Below are positions 9,927 to 22,384 of a stretch of 32,023 bases of DNA, one piece after another (the stretch's first letter is position 1; each line of letters starts with the position of its first letter). The stretch comes from Macrostomum lignano. Taxonomy: Eukaryota. The position numbers and the translations under genes were made by a program. The stretch covers positions 1-32,023 of the forward strand of contig NIVC01004899.1 of the NCBI GenBank assembly GCA_002269645.1, given 5' to 3'. The notes beneath the pieces are model-generated. The model saw only the letters and a list, made by a program, of their open reading frames with translations. It was not told the DNA's origin and did no database searches.

Positions 9927-10535
9927 TTAGAGGACATAAAAGAGTTCGTGCCGCTTATAACTGTTCTTATCGTCGTCTGGTACGCTGGGATAGCCGCTGA
10001 CCAAACAGTCGGGATTGCCAATGTATACTGTGTTGTACACCTTCCACATCATGTCGCGCACCTTCCTAGCCGGATGGAACAGGCCAGCCAGGCAGTACTG
10101 CAGCACCCGGGTGTGGCCCAGGCTGACCCGGCAGCCTTCAACAACGGACATGAATGCTTGCACAACGTGCGGCGATGTTTCAAACACGTTTGGCCAGGCA
10201 AAATTAAGCAGGTGAGTGAGCGCGTCCTCGCAGCCGAAACCGTACACACCCAGAGCCATGTGGCCGATGGTAAACATGGCTGTCTGCCTGTGCACGAGGT
10301 CCCTGTCCATCAGGGCGTCCTCCAGCAGAGGGACCACCGCGTAAACGTAGTCCTTGCCCATCTCGCCGATGTATTCAAACATGAATGAAAGCGATTTCAG
10401 TACACCGTTTTGAACGTTAAGCTCAGGTACGCGGTACTCGTTCATTAGGCCAGGCAATACGGTGAACGGCGAGCAGTTCTCAGCGACAATAGCGATGGCC
10501 ACTGTTGTGCAGACACGGTTCTGGCGTTCTTGCAC
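9927..10535 (-). CDS. SF3B1: Splicing factor 3B subunit 1, last coding exon ([17 protein letters not shown]...HELFYVL*)
   Basis: Acceptor catccgcag| at 10537-10536, phase 0. C-terminal HEAT repeats are near-identical to known SF3B1. TAA at 9929-9927. Confidence 0.97.
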   Translation of the reverse strand: MQERQNRVCTTVAIAIVAENCSPFTVLPGLMNEYRVPELNVQNGVLKSLSFMFEYIGEMGKDYVYAVVPLLEDALMDRDLVHRQTAMFTIGHMALGVYGFGCEDALTHLLNFAWPNVFETSPHVVQAFMSVVEGCRVSLGHTRVLQYCLAGLFHPARKVRDMMWKVYNTVYIGNPDCLVSGYPSVPDDDKNSYKRHELFYVL

Positions 10536-10828
10536 CTGCGGATGGGTTGGATAGGGGTTGAAACAGCGATTCTTTGATTCTGTTTTTGGACGAGATTTAA
10601 AGATGGATTCTCAACTACTCAGAAAAAAAGCCTTTTAAGACCATATTTTATCAACTTACTACTTATTAAGTAGCTAGAAGACAACAAAAAACGGTGACAC
10701 TCCAAGAAAATAAAACTTAATGGTATGATTTAACATATATTAGCTACAGGAATTGAGTAGTCGTAGGCCTCGAGCTACATAATATTCAAGTACAAAGTGT
10801 CTCGTTAAGCAAGCAATATCGGCCTCAC

Positions 10829-13558
10829 CTTGAGATTATTGAGCAGAGTTGCCAGCACATCATGCGGACCAATAGCTTTGGCAATGTAGCCGAACGTGTT
10901 AACTGTGGCCCGTCTGATACTCTTCTTGTGCGCCTTGAGCAATTCGAGCAGCTCGAAACAGATGCGCATCCACTCCTTGACGCTGACGAACTCGGAGCCG
11001 CGGTCGGCGATGCGGCCAACCAGGTCGATGCAGTTCTCCTGCACTTTCTCGTGCCGGTTCTTTAGAATAGGCGTCAGCCTAGGAAGCAGATCTTTGATTG
11101 GCGGCGTCATCTTGTTCATCCCGATGACATTCACGATGGCTTTCAATGCGCCTAGAATCGAGCCTAGGACTTCCGGGTACTCCTCGCCGAGGTACTCGTA
11201 CAGCACAACGCCAAGATGGCCCATCAAGCGCTCCTCCTGACAGGCTTTCATAACGCCAGCTATGCGGCTAATGAGATCGGCCACCTGTTGGCGCACTTTG
11301 GCCGACTTGTTGTTCAGGCGCCAGAGAATGTTGCCGCAGATCTGGGGCAGGTAGGGCTTCACCCGCTTGCCCAGAGCGTTCACCAGGGTGCCGAAGCCGT
11401 TCAGCATCACAGCGTCCTCGTTTGTCTGCTCCGAGAAGGCGAACATTACGCCATCGATTAGCTGTTCTTCGAGACGCGAGTCAACCTCAGTGGCACCCAG
11501 ATTGTTGAGCACCTTCTCAACCGTATCCATGACCATTTTGCGATACTGCTCAGATGGCTCTTTGAGATCGTCCACAATTCGATTGAGAATCTCTGCCGAA
11601 CCAACTTTGTTGGCAATCTCGACTGTGGTGTCCACCAATTGGCGGTAGTTCCGCCTGTCCGAGGCCATCTTCTGTGTCCAGAAGTGCTTGAAAAATGACG
11701 GCAAAATGTCTTTCTTGATGTAAGCCGGCTCAACACCCTCGGTGGAGCAGCACTGTTTCACTACTTTGAGCACAATTTTCTTCATCTCTTCGTCAGGCGA
11801 CTGGAACTCGCGGATTAAGATGAGCATAACCTCGCGAGTATAATAATTGGCGTACTCAGCGTCCATTAAGGGAATGAGGTAGCCAATGGCTTTGAGAAAA
11901 GCGGCCAGACCTTTGCCTCGGTGGGTACGGATGCCTTTCCATAGCGGTTTGAGCACGGTATCAAATGACTCAATGCCGTAGGGCGTGGCGGACTCGGCCA
12001 GAGCTGCCAGAGCCAGAGCGGTGATAGTTCGCACCTTCTGCTGCTCGTCAACCAGGCCCAGTTCGATAATTTCAACTAGAGAGCGCAGATGCGGCAGCAC
12101 AGCGCAGCCCATCAGGATGGAAATCTGTTGCACTATTTTGATACCAGTGTGCCTGGCCTGCCAGCTGCGCTTCGACTTGCACACGGCCTTGAGAAACAAT
12201 AGCAGACTGGGAATGCCTAGCGCTGAGGCCACCACAGCGAAAGCTCTGGCCGTGGTGTTACGCACGTATTCGTCCATGTTCTCCAGATCCGGACGCATTG
12301 TGGTGATCATGGTTGCCAGGCCGGCCGCTTTGGCCAGGTTAGAAATAATCTCGCGGCCTTCTACGCGAGCATAATAGTCTTCATCGATGAGCAGCGGCTC
12401 AATCACTACCAGGATTTTGTGGACGAACGGCCGCACCAAATCGTCCAGCTTGTAGAGCACCCGGTCAATCACTTTCACAAGCAGGTGGCGCTCCTGATCC
12501 TCCAGTGTCGGCGACATCAACAGCGGCAGGATCTGATTGAAGAGCGGGCCGGCACCGAACTCTCTGGACTTCTCGGTGATCTGGCGGAGCGCGGATTTGC
12601 GCATCGGTGGCGTGCCGTTTTTGATCTTCAACAGCAGAGTCATAATACGACGCTCCCGCAGCTCATCGGCCGACAGGCTGTCCTCGTCAACATCGGTGAG
12701 CAGCTTGTCGAAGTACTGCATATCGTCGGGCTTCAGCATTGGCAGATTGGTGCCTTTAGGCTGCATATCCGCCAAGGCTGTGCCCGTAGACGTCCGAACA
12801 TCCGGCGTGGCCATCTTGAAGCCGCCGGGCGTCGTCAGCGGAGTCGGCGTTGCAGTCAAACGACGCGGCGTTCGCAGCGGCACATAACCGGCCGGCGGAG
12901 CCAGCACCTTGTAGCCTTCGGGCAGCATGGCATCCAGATCTTCGTCAGAGAGCGGCCGGTTGCGGTCATCCAGCTCCTTCTGCGCGGAGAATATCTGCAT
13001 CTGCTCCGGGGTCATGGCGGCGGCTGCAACTGCTGCACTGGGCGTGGCCATCTCCATTGCCTTCACGCCCATCGGAGTCACCCCGCTTGGGGTCATGACT
13101 CCGCCAGGTGTAAAACCGCTCGGCGTGGCCGACGCCGGCGTTGCTACGCTCGGCGTTGCGTCGGCGACATTTGACGGCGTCTCGCCGGGCGTCTCGTCCC
13201 AACGCGAGCGCCGCTTGCCAGCCTGAGGCGTCTCCTGAATCAGGTCGGCGGCGGTCCGGTCCGCGCGCGGCGTCTCGCCCCAGCCACCGGGAGTCGCTTC
13301 GTCCCATCTATTTCGCCGGCCCATTGGTGTTGTAGCCGACGGCGTGGCGTCGAAGTGGCCGGGCGTTTCACCCCGAGTTGACATATGTACGGGCGTCTCC
13401 GCCCACTGCCGCTCGTTGAATTGCCCCGGTGCCGGCGTGGCGTCGCCGCCGCTGATGCGGCCGGGCGTCTCCGCCCACTGACGCACGCTGGCCGACGGGG
13501 TGGCAGCGCCGCTGGCCGACATGGCCGACGGGGTGCCGGCATCCGCCTCGAAGCCGGT
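10829..13558 (-). CDS. SF3B1: SF3B1 main exon (TP-rich/RWDETP ULM region, p14-binding region, HEAT repeats)
   Basis: Acceptor ttcttccag| at 13560-13559 and donor AAG|GTGAGG at 10828-10827 give a 2730-nt in-frame exon. Motifs include [34 protein letters not shown] and EQQKVRTI. It joins LNNLK|VQERQN. Confidence 0.97.
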
Positions 13559-13644
13559 CTGGAAGAATTACATGTTAGCGTTTATGTCATTTATCTGACA
13601 TGAGCTTAATATCTTATGATCAAACTTTAGTGTAAAAAGTGCCA

Positions 13645-13875
13645 CCTAGCAACCAATCCCTGAACACCTAGCAACCAAACCCATAAGCACCTTAGCAACC
13701 ACCGCAGACACCTAACAACCCAACCCATAAACACCCTAGCAACCACCGCAGACACCTAACAACCAAACCCATAAACACCCTAGCAACCTCCGCAGACACC
13801 TAACAACCAAACCCATAAACACCCTAGCAACCACCGCAGACACCTAACAACCAAACCCATAAACACCCTAGCAAT
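13645..13875. repeat. 44-nt minisatellite (about 4-5 copies) in SF3B1 intron 13559-13898
   Basis: Unit CTAGCAACCACCGCAGACACCTAACAACCAAACCCATAAACACC. TAGC recurs at 13693, 13737, 13781, 13825 and 13869. Confidence 0.9.
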
Positions 13876-13898
13876 CATACTGAAATACAAAAATCTAC

Positions 13899-14119
13899 CT
13901 TCTTGGCCTGCGGAGTGTCTCCGCTCTCGGCCGGGACGTCCCACCGACCGCGTTTCTTGGCCGGCGCAGCCTCCTGCTGCTGCGGCATCACTGTGCGCAG
14001 CTCGCCAGCCTTGAACTTCTCCGCCATTTGCTGACGCAGCTCGGCCTGTTGCCTGGTCAGCGCCTGTGACTGCATTATGTCTCGATACGTCTGCAGGCTG
14101 TTGTCCGGCGTTTTGCCGC
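13899..14119 (-). CDS. SF3B1: SF3B1 exon ((G)GKTPDNSLQTYRDIM...KKRGRWDV...QAKK)
   Basis: Acceptor atttacag| at 14121-14120 and donor AAG|GTAGAT at 13898-13897 give 221 nt, phase 1 to 0. It matches the GGKTPD..TY.D.M..Q..LAEKAKAGEL..KRGRWD segment of SF3B1. Confidence 0.92.
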
Positions 14120-15087
14120 CTGTAAATTTTGGACAATGTTGAGTTTCGGGGGCGGAGGGGAAAGGGGGGCAGAGGGGGGAAGAGAAATGTAGTAAACAGA
14201 TTGTAAAAACATTTAACAACTACGTTCGTAAATACATATAGGCTAACTCATTAGAATGCAGACTTGAAAATACCTAGTTATAGTAGTTTACCATTTGCAC
14301 AAAATTGTTAAGCTTCTTCTCAGCTACAGTAGAATTTAGCAAATTCAATTTAATAACTTTAGAGCCTAAAAACTGGTTGCAGCCGATAAAGACACTCTGG
14401 TGCACTCCGGCAGGGCCGACACCGCGGAGCCAAATGTAGACGAGCGGCCAATGGCTAAAACGGATACTTCAGGATGCAATTCACATTTTAGTGGCTATGA
14501 TGATGAGTTAACTCTTAGGTACCATCCCCATAATTCAAAAAGCACACAATTCTTCGGGCTCAATAATTTCGAGTTCAAGCTAACCCGCAGTCGCTGTTGC
14601 AGAGCTGAGCGAACAGTCAGCAGCTGATTGGCACTCCAGCTCCATCTCTCTCTCTCTCTCCGCTTGAAAAAGAAGAGAAAAGAAACACAAGGCATTTCTG
14701 ATTTGATGTCTGCTCTGAAAATTTTCATAGTTGAAAAAACACAGCAAACAAACCTCAAAAATTTGTCAGCGCTGGACTGGCAGTCTCTGAGCACCGAGAC
14801 GCCACCGGCCCATGTTTTCTGGGCTTGGGGCGGGGGCTCAGGGCGGCTGGCGAGTTGCTAGGGAATGAAAAAAGAATGGGGAAAGCCGTAGCCATTGTTA
14901 GGGAGTAAAAGATAGCTAACTATTTGCTTAATACTGGAGCAATAATCCCCCATACAGCAGAGTTTCATCTCATAGCCACTATGAAATTGCATTATCAGTC
15001 ATTAATTAGTCTGTTCAGCATTGCAGAAATATAAGCAGGTAGATTGAGTTCAGTAATCAAGCAATTAATTAGGCCAGATTCACTTAC

Positions 15088-15164
15088 CATCCTGGAACAT
15101 GTCTGCCCGAGCTGGGGAAATCATGCTCAGCATATTTTTTCTGTAGTCTTTTCTGCCAGGTGGC
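15088..15164 (-). CDS. SF3B1: SF3B1 upstream exon ((R)PPGRKDYRKNMLSMISPARADMFQD(G))
   Basis: Acceptor attcacag| at 15166-15165 and donor GATG|GTAAGT at 15087. The frame joins D-G|GKTPD and resembles the conserved RPP..DEY..MIISPER.DPFADG. Confidence 0.75.
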
Positions 15165-17878
15165 CTGTGAATAAGTTGGGTGGAAAATTTCAATGAAATA
15201 TGATGCATAACATCGAATATTATAAGAATACACTACATTGCTGTGTATGAATGACATGAATCATACTCATAAAATAAATATGCAATAGCTACTAAGACAT
15301 TTTATTATTGTAATTAATCTAAATCTAATTATTACTAAATGTATGTTTACCTTGATTGTAATTAATATAGTTAATATTATAACTCAAAAATTTGATATTT
15401 ATGGAAATATACTTTAGGAAAAAGAGAGGCAAAGGCAAAAACACTACATCATAGCATTATATACATACCTTATAACAAACTAATATTTACCTTCTTCCCT
15501 GACTTAGAGGAAATGAAGTACATTTTCCCTTATAAATATCACATAGATAGGCTCTACACAAATATAAAAAAGTGCCATGTCAAACAAAAGATCTATTTGG
15601 GAATTGCTACAATGTCAAGGCTTGGGGGAGTTGCTAATATTCTGTGACTCTTTGGAAGAATTGCTGAGATGCCAAGGCTGAGGTCAGAAGCTATTAAAAA
15701 TTATATTCCATTCTTTGTTAGCTCCCTAACAGGGGCACTGATTGCTAGCAATTTATGCTGCCTATTAGGGAGGCAACAAAGAAAGGAATAATTTCTTTAC
15801 TAAACTACATGCAAGATTTGACTTTCATTGGAAAAATATTGACAATAAAGGACTTTTCTGCAATTGAAAAATAAAGGACCTTTCTTATAGTTGCAAAGTT
15901 CTTTAAGAAAAATGTGATTGAAGAAACTTGTTTCATTTTTTCTGAAGAAATATTATAACAATAATTTTCTAACACACCTTACTTATAGAAAATTTATTGC
16001 TACCAAGAACTACTATTTGTTTTGTTAATAAAATTTCAGTTCTATGAAACTCTAGTAGCACATGTACTTTTTAATTTTTACTTTTTGCAATGTGTATATA
16101 ACTTTATATTTGTCAAAGTTTTGAAGTTTTAGTAAGTAAAGGTTGGTACAAAAGTGGTATGCCAAAACAATTGAAATATCTACTAGTAAGCCAGAAATTT
16201 CTAGCATATATATATAACCTTCCAAAGTGAGGCTGAAAAACTATAGCATTTTAGTGATCTATCTATGAGCTTTGATATCCTAATAATTCATCCTATAAGA
16301 CTTAACATCTTAGAATTTTTAAGAGACAGTATTCTTCTTATAAGCCTTGATCTTTTTGCATTTTTCAAGTTTAAAGATTCTAATTTAGCAATTTTGAATA
16401 TAGTTTAGATTAAAACAAATAGCAATAAAGTCACTAATAACAAATATAAATACTTTATAAAACATTTTATTTTTGGAATAAAAGTAATATCTATTTTGTT
16501 AAATTAACAATTTTTATTTCAGAAAAATCCAATTGATTTAAATATATTTGCTATATTTTATATATATAAGGCTGCACTTCATAGTCTTGTGAAGGCCTTT
16601 TTTGGTGAAAATTCCCAGGCACACAAGCTTTAAAAAATTTGTACTACAAACACAAACTGCAACATAGAGCCTTTTTTATTGACATATAGTCAAGCAGTTA
16701 GTGCGTATAGCAAATTGAAAGTCAAAAACTAAATTAGCAAAGATATTTTTTGTTTGAAAGAAAAAAGTGTGACAAATTTTATTAAAATGAATTAATATAA
16801 GAGAAAAAATAAAATTTTGTCCAATAATAGACTTTTTATTATGCTTATTTAAAAAAGTTTTTTACATTTGTTGCAACTTCAAAAATGTCCTTTATTGTCA
16901 CAATGCCTTATGGGCCCCTATGTAAAAAGCATAACTATTGGCTATACACTCTGTGCAACTTCCACAATAGCCAAAAAATATTTCTATGCAAATGGCATAT
17001 CCATAAAACTATAGGTAGCACTTAGAATATATATTAAGAAGTCTTAATTAGATAAAGATCAAATCTATCAACCATGCTATATGTTGTTTTGATCAATATT
17101 ATAAAATATGATTATCTATTTTAGTATTGATTTCTTGAATAATATGATCATAACTTAGTTTTTAGAAAATTAAGACAAATTTAAATGAAAAAAGATTTTA
17201 ATAAAAATTTAAAAAAAGATGTTTGATCTTATGGTGTAGTGTTCAATGATCATGTAATTTTTTGTATTTAAAGAAAACAAAAAAATTAAATGACTAAATA
17301 TAGATATATTTTAGGCCTAGGACTATCATTTGTAAAAAGTAAAACAAAGTTTAAAACCTAGAAATTATGCTATAGCATAAATACTTTCACATTTTTATCT
17401 GTTTAATACTTATATATATAAATTGATAAATTTATAACTATAATTGGGCTATTATAATAGGCCTATTCCTATGGGGAAATCCAAAAATCGGGGGCAAGTT
17501 TTATGAAAATTCGTTTTTTGGCAATTTGAAAGCAATAAAGCAATAAAATAAATTTATTCAAGTTTTTAAAAAGTAAAAAAGTCTATTAAAGCACAAATTA
17601 TTTTTGTATAGCTTTATTTTTAATAAAATGATTTGTTAAAATGGTAAGTTTAATTACAACCTAAAATGAGTCTAATGAAAATGATAGAAAAGCTATAATA
17701 ATGTATTTTATTAACTTTAACTATCTTATAATGTTACACTTTATAATTCTACAACATATTTAACATTATTTTCAAGGGTTTATTTGTTTATCACTTTTGT
17801 TACTCTTGACAACGTGTATTTTATAGAGTTCGTTTGCAATAAATTGTATTCAACATAAGTTTATTATTTAAACATACA

Positions 17879-18410
17879 AATTCCCATAAGGATCGGAAAA
17901 TTGCATTTTACTCAGCTTCTACTGAAGCGATTTGGAAAATTCTTTTTTTCCTGCATACACGCCGCGATGATACATGTTTTAGTGTAATTTCATTATTCTT
18001 CGTCGCTTAATAAGCATACAGTAAGCATCTGATTTGGAAGCCGGGTAACACATTGGAATTCCCATAAGGATTGGAAAATTGCATTTTACTCAGCTTCTAC
18101 TAAAGCGATTTGGAAAATTCTTTTTTTCCTGCATACACGCCGCGATGATACATGTTTTAATGTAATTTCATTGTTCTTCGTCGCTTAATAAGCATACAGT
18201 AAGCATCTGATTTGGAAGCCGGGTAACACATTGGAATTCCCATAAGGATTGGAAAATTGCATTTTACTCAGCTTCTACTAAAGCGATTTGGAAAATTCTT
18301 TTTTTTCCTGCATACACGCCGCGATGATACATGTTTTAGTGTAATTTCATTGTTCTTCATTGCTTAATGAGCATACAGTAAGCATCTGATTAGGATACCG
18401 GGTTCACATT
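17879..18410. repeat. 178-bp tandem repeat x3
   Basis: CCCATAAGG recurs at 17883, 18061 and 18239, and the units are nearly identical. Confidence 0.95.
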
Positions 18411-19229
18411 TTGTGGTACCATTTTTTACCCAAAATTTTTAAGTCTAAATATAGGCATATTACAAATACTAATACTATGCAAGTTGATATTTAAATGAAA
18501 GAAAACAACTTAAAGATTATTTTGCAACAAGGAATTAGCAATATATTTACTTTTAGAGAAAGATGTTTGCTGGCAAACTTTGCACTTTATATTAGTATGA
18601 ATTTTTGCGAGTTTATATGGTTTTAGAAAAACTTTGAAATCCTTAGAAATACTTCATCTTTTTGAATTGAATAAAAAGTAAAACACAGATTACTTTCTGT
18701 TTTGTAAGTAGTAAAAAAATTAGCCTTCTCTAAGGCCTACAAGTCTTTAAAATTAATTGTTTAATAATGAAAAAAGTGAAACAAAAAAATGCAAATTGGT
18801 CAACTCGGACTTTCAAAATGCTTTTTTGTGGTTTTTTCTTATTTATTCAACAATATAAAGCATGAAAACAATAGTTTTTATCCAGAACTATTTTCTAAAG
18901 ACCTATCTATCTTTCAAAAACCTTTTTTAGATACATTACTTTCCATCGAATGTCCGCAGATTTGTTTTACTGTTTTATCCCACGTTTTTGGATTTCGCCC
19001 TATACAAATAGAAATATAAAACTTTTTTAAATTAAAAAATTATTTGTATAAACTGCCCTATAATCCTTTCCTTAATCTAGACTCTAGGCATTATGCCTAG
19101 TATATGGCATAAGACTGGTATAAATGATGACATTTCATCAGTTTTCTTCTAGTGTAACTCTAAGCATAAAATGGACTATGGCCTTCAACTATGTCTATAT
19201 CCAACTAAATATAAATAAGTAAAAACACT

Positions 19230-19598
19230 AGCAATGTCCTACTTTCCCATGTTAAATTAGGCCTATTTTGACCCAAAATTTGAAACCAAACAAACAAGAG
19301 CAATTTTTCAAAAGAAAGTGTCAGCCTTCCTGACAGTGGCTGCAGTTCTGTGAGTGAGTTGGCTATTAGATGATAGGTCGCCAGCCAATGCATAGTCGAC
19401 TCAGCATCAACTGTTAACAGTACCAGATTGCAGTGACTGATCTCAAGGTCACAGAGATTGCCCGATGGCCACAAATTGGCAGGAGGTACAATAGGCTATT
19501 TACAAGCGCTTGAGGTCGTCCAGCCATGATTTAGGGCCTATGCTAAAAATACAAAAATTGGGTCAAAATAATTTAATGTGGGAAACTAGGACATTGCC
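19230..19598. mobile_element. MITE with near-perfect 8-bp TSD and a GC-richer core
   Basis: Inverted ends (A/G)GCAATGTCCTACTTTCCCATGTTAAATTA..TTTTGACCCAA and TTGGGTCAAAATAATTTAATGTGGGAAACTAGGACATTGCC. Flanks are AAAACACT (19222-19229) and AAAACACC (19599-19606). Confidence 0.65.
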
Positions 19599-21009
19599 AA
19601 AACACCTTAATAAGCCTTGGTGTCCTGTTCCCCTTGGGCCTAGGCCCTATGCCAACCAATTTTTTAATTGCACTAGACTATCATCTTATTGGCATCTGCA
19701 AAAATACCCCTTTTAAATATAATACAGTTTACAGCAAAAAATTGTTTAGGCTGCTACCAAATGATTTCTATATAAAAAATATATTTCATAGTATTCAAAA
19801 TGAAATATACTTACGAGCCACTTTGAGCCATGGCAAATTTAGTCTAATATTAGAGGTTTTAAGGACAAGGTAAATGTAATCTATATAACTAAGCCTGAGA
19901 AGTTACTTCTTTGAACCTAATCCGTACTAATGTTACTACTGGTCCTGGTCCTGGACGTCTCGCAATCTTAATATTTATAAACTTAAACGCAATTTAAAAG
20001 TTGTTTTATTTAAGTAAAACAAAGTTGAAAGTTATAACTATAAAAACCTTTTAAATAAAACCAATTTTAAAAGAATTAGGCAGAAAATTGTTTAACTAAC
20101 ATTATAAATTTTCTTCTTACAAACTAAAGGCCTTACTCCCGACAAAGTGGCACTGTACCCAACATAAACTGCATGCTGCGCTTCTATTTTTATGTTGCAA
20201 CTTGCTTTAATGTGCAGGAACTGACTTGGTGCTGCTCTAATACTAATTTTGTATCTCTAGGGTACCAGACAAAAAGACGATAATCGTACATGAAGTTGTG
20301 AAGTACATGAAAAAAATAAAGTATAATTGACGGGATCGATGCACTTGGTAGTTGCTACTTGAAGAGTTTTACATGTATAATATATGTATTATAGTAATTA
20401 GGCGGCATCAACAGTTGAAAAATGTCTTTTCCGCGTGCGAGGCCTCTTCTTGCATACATTTTTTCTCAGGGTATAAGCTTTTAGAATATAAATCCCGGAG
20501 GGGAAGAGCACAGAAAAATTAACAATCACCAAAATTTTAAAATTTTAGATGTAATTAATGATAGAAATTACCGTAATACTGTATTAAAAAATTACTGTAA
20601 CGAGACGATCGCAAAAACATCTACCAAGGATTATCTCGCATAGCTGTAATTTTGGGTGGCCACAGTTAATTGCAACAGCTGAATTCAAACGCGCTGGTTA
20701 TACCCGTGGTGATACATGTAAATACTGAGATGAACATCCCGGACGCAGACGCTGCATGGCAATCGACAACCAAACTTCACCGATGTCAGCAGAATCATCA
20801 AAATCGACTGGAGGTCGAGGTATCTACACGTATTATACGAGTAATGTACATACATCATGTACAATTTTGGTTCACATCGTTTTCGACGTTCTGCAGCGTC
20901 GGCGCTCCTGCCTTGTCAGGGGCTTATATACGTACATATACTTTCGCTCTAGTTCCTTAGTCAGACCCTACCTAATCATCATTACAAACCTGTTCTGATC
21001 AGACGATAC

Positions 21010-21420
21010 ATGTATATGCTGTAGTCGAGACCGTCCTGCTCTACAACATTGGATCGGACGCTGACACAAACTCGGTCGCTTGAATAGCATTTCAAAACTA
21101 GGCCGGCTCCGGAACAGGCCACCATAGACAAAGTTGTTATCGCATCGCTACATCCTAACTGACCTCGCCTCCCTTCACTGATCTGCACCTCCGTCTACCA
21201 GCCAGTCCCTCAGCTGCCTGCCCCACTGCACGAGCTCGTCAAGTACATGCTGCACACGACAGAAAAGCAGAAAAACCAGAAAAAATTCGGCCTCAACAGA
21301 GAGCGGATTGTATGGACGCATCTGAGTTCCCTCCTAGCAGTGACTCTGTCCCAGCTCCAGTGGTGCGCACCTTACGAGCGTACAATCCCATCAACTATGC
21401 ATGACCCCTGCTTGCCCGCC
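21010..21420 (+). mobile_element. Degenerate non-LTR retrotransposon (RTE-like) 3' remnant
   Basis: Broken frames give AVVETVLLYN, TLTQT and PRLPSLI..LPAPLHELV, reminiscent of the post-RT region of RTE LINEs (VESVLLYN.ETWTLT). Stops and frameshifts are present. Confidence 0.4.
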
Positions 21421-22384
21421 GTGCTCCAAAAAATTCCGTTGAACATCTAGCTATTCCAGTGCCCTGCCTTTCCAACGACGCTGACCATTCAAAATCCAAA
21501 GATCCCCAAGTATTTTATCGATTAATTTGTACATGTACATTGCGCGTGGGGGGCTTGTCTGGGTTTTGGATTAGGGGTGTTGTTGTTATCTGTTTACCTA
21601 CCAATTAAATATATACTCAGCAACATTGAAAAGTCGCCACCCTTTGCCATAGTGAGCAGTGTCTTTCGACCAGCGTCTATCACCTGGCCAACCATTTTGA
21701 TATTGAAAATACTTGAAAAAACAATGAAAAAAACAATGAAAACCGGGCGAAAGCTTCAGTCAATCCGATATTCGCCCTCCGCTCTTCCTAATCCCTCCTC
21801 ACCCAGCCCAACTTTGCATCGCGTGGCGCAAGTTGCGTCACTCAAAAGTCAATACTGAGCTGGAATTTACTGCGCACTCTCAAAGGTGGTGACTTTTTAA
21901 TGTTGTTGAGTGTACGAGTATGCTTACACTTGCAGTCAGCGGCCGCTCGCTCTTTCCCTCCCTCGTTGCTTCGCTTCTCGCTCTAGGCTCGCGAACCCCT
22001 TAGCTATCCGGCCTCCTTGCCTCAACTCTCCCGCCGCCTACCTCGGCCCAATTAATTAATCAACTGATCCCGATCCTAGCAATTTTCTATATCTAAATCT
22101 AAGCTGTCTTAAGCAACACTATAAGTCTAAGGGTGGAAGCGGCCTGCCGATCTGCTAAACTAAATCGTGAACTATCTAATTACCCGCTACACAAAAACGT
22201 CTTCCCGCCTTTATTCGTCACAGCCTAAAATTTTTTCGACATATTTCAAATAAATTTAGCTCGTTAGAAAGAGAGACGTTCGTTTTGTGCTGTAAAAGCA
22301 AAAAGATCTCACAGGGTCTAAAAAAAGTGTAACAAAAAGTGCCTAATCAAGGACTTACTAAAGTAGGACATGAAACTGTGTTAC

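Noticed and set aside
10829-12400. Possible cancer-hotspot or pladienolide-resistance-like substitutions in SF3B1
   Set aside because: By eye, the motifs containing the equivalents of R625, H662, K666, K700, G742 and R1074 ([31 protein letters not shown]) are all wild-type.
10015-13603. Numerous overlapping ORFs on both strands within SF3B1
   Set aside because: They are GC-rich codon shadows of the true minus-strand frame.
20982-21188. LKCY..C motif suggesting a Ly6/three-finger protein
   Set aside because: It has too few cysteines and lies antisense to the RTE-like remnant.
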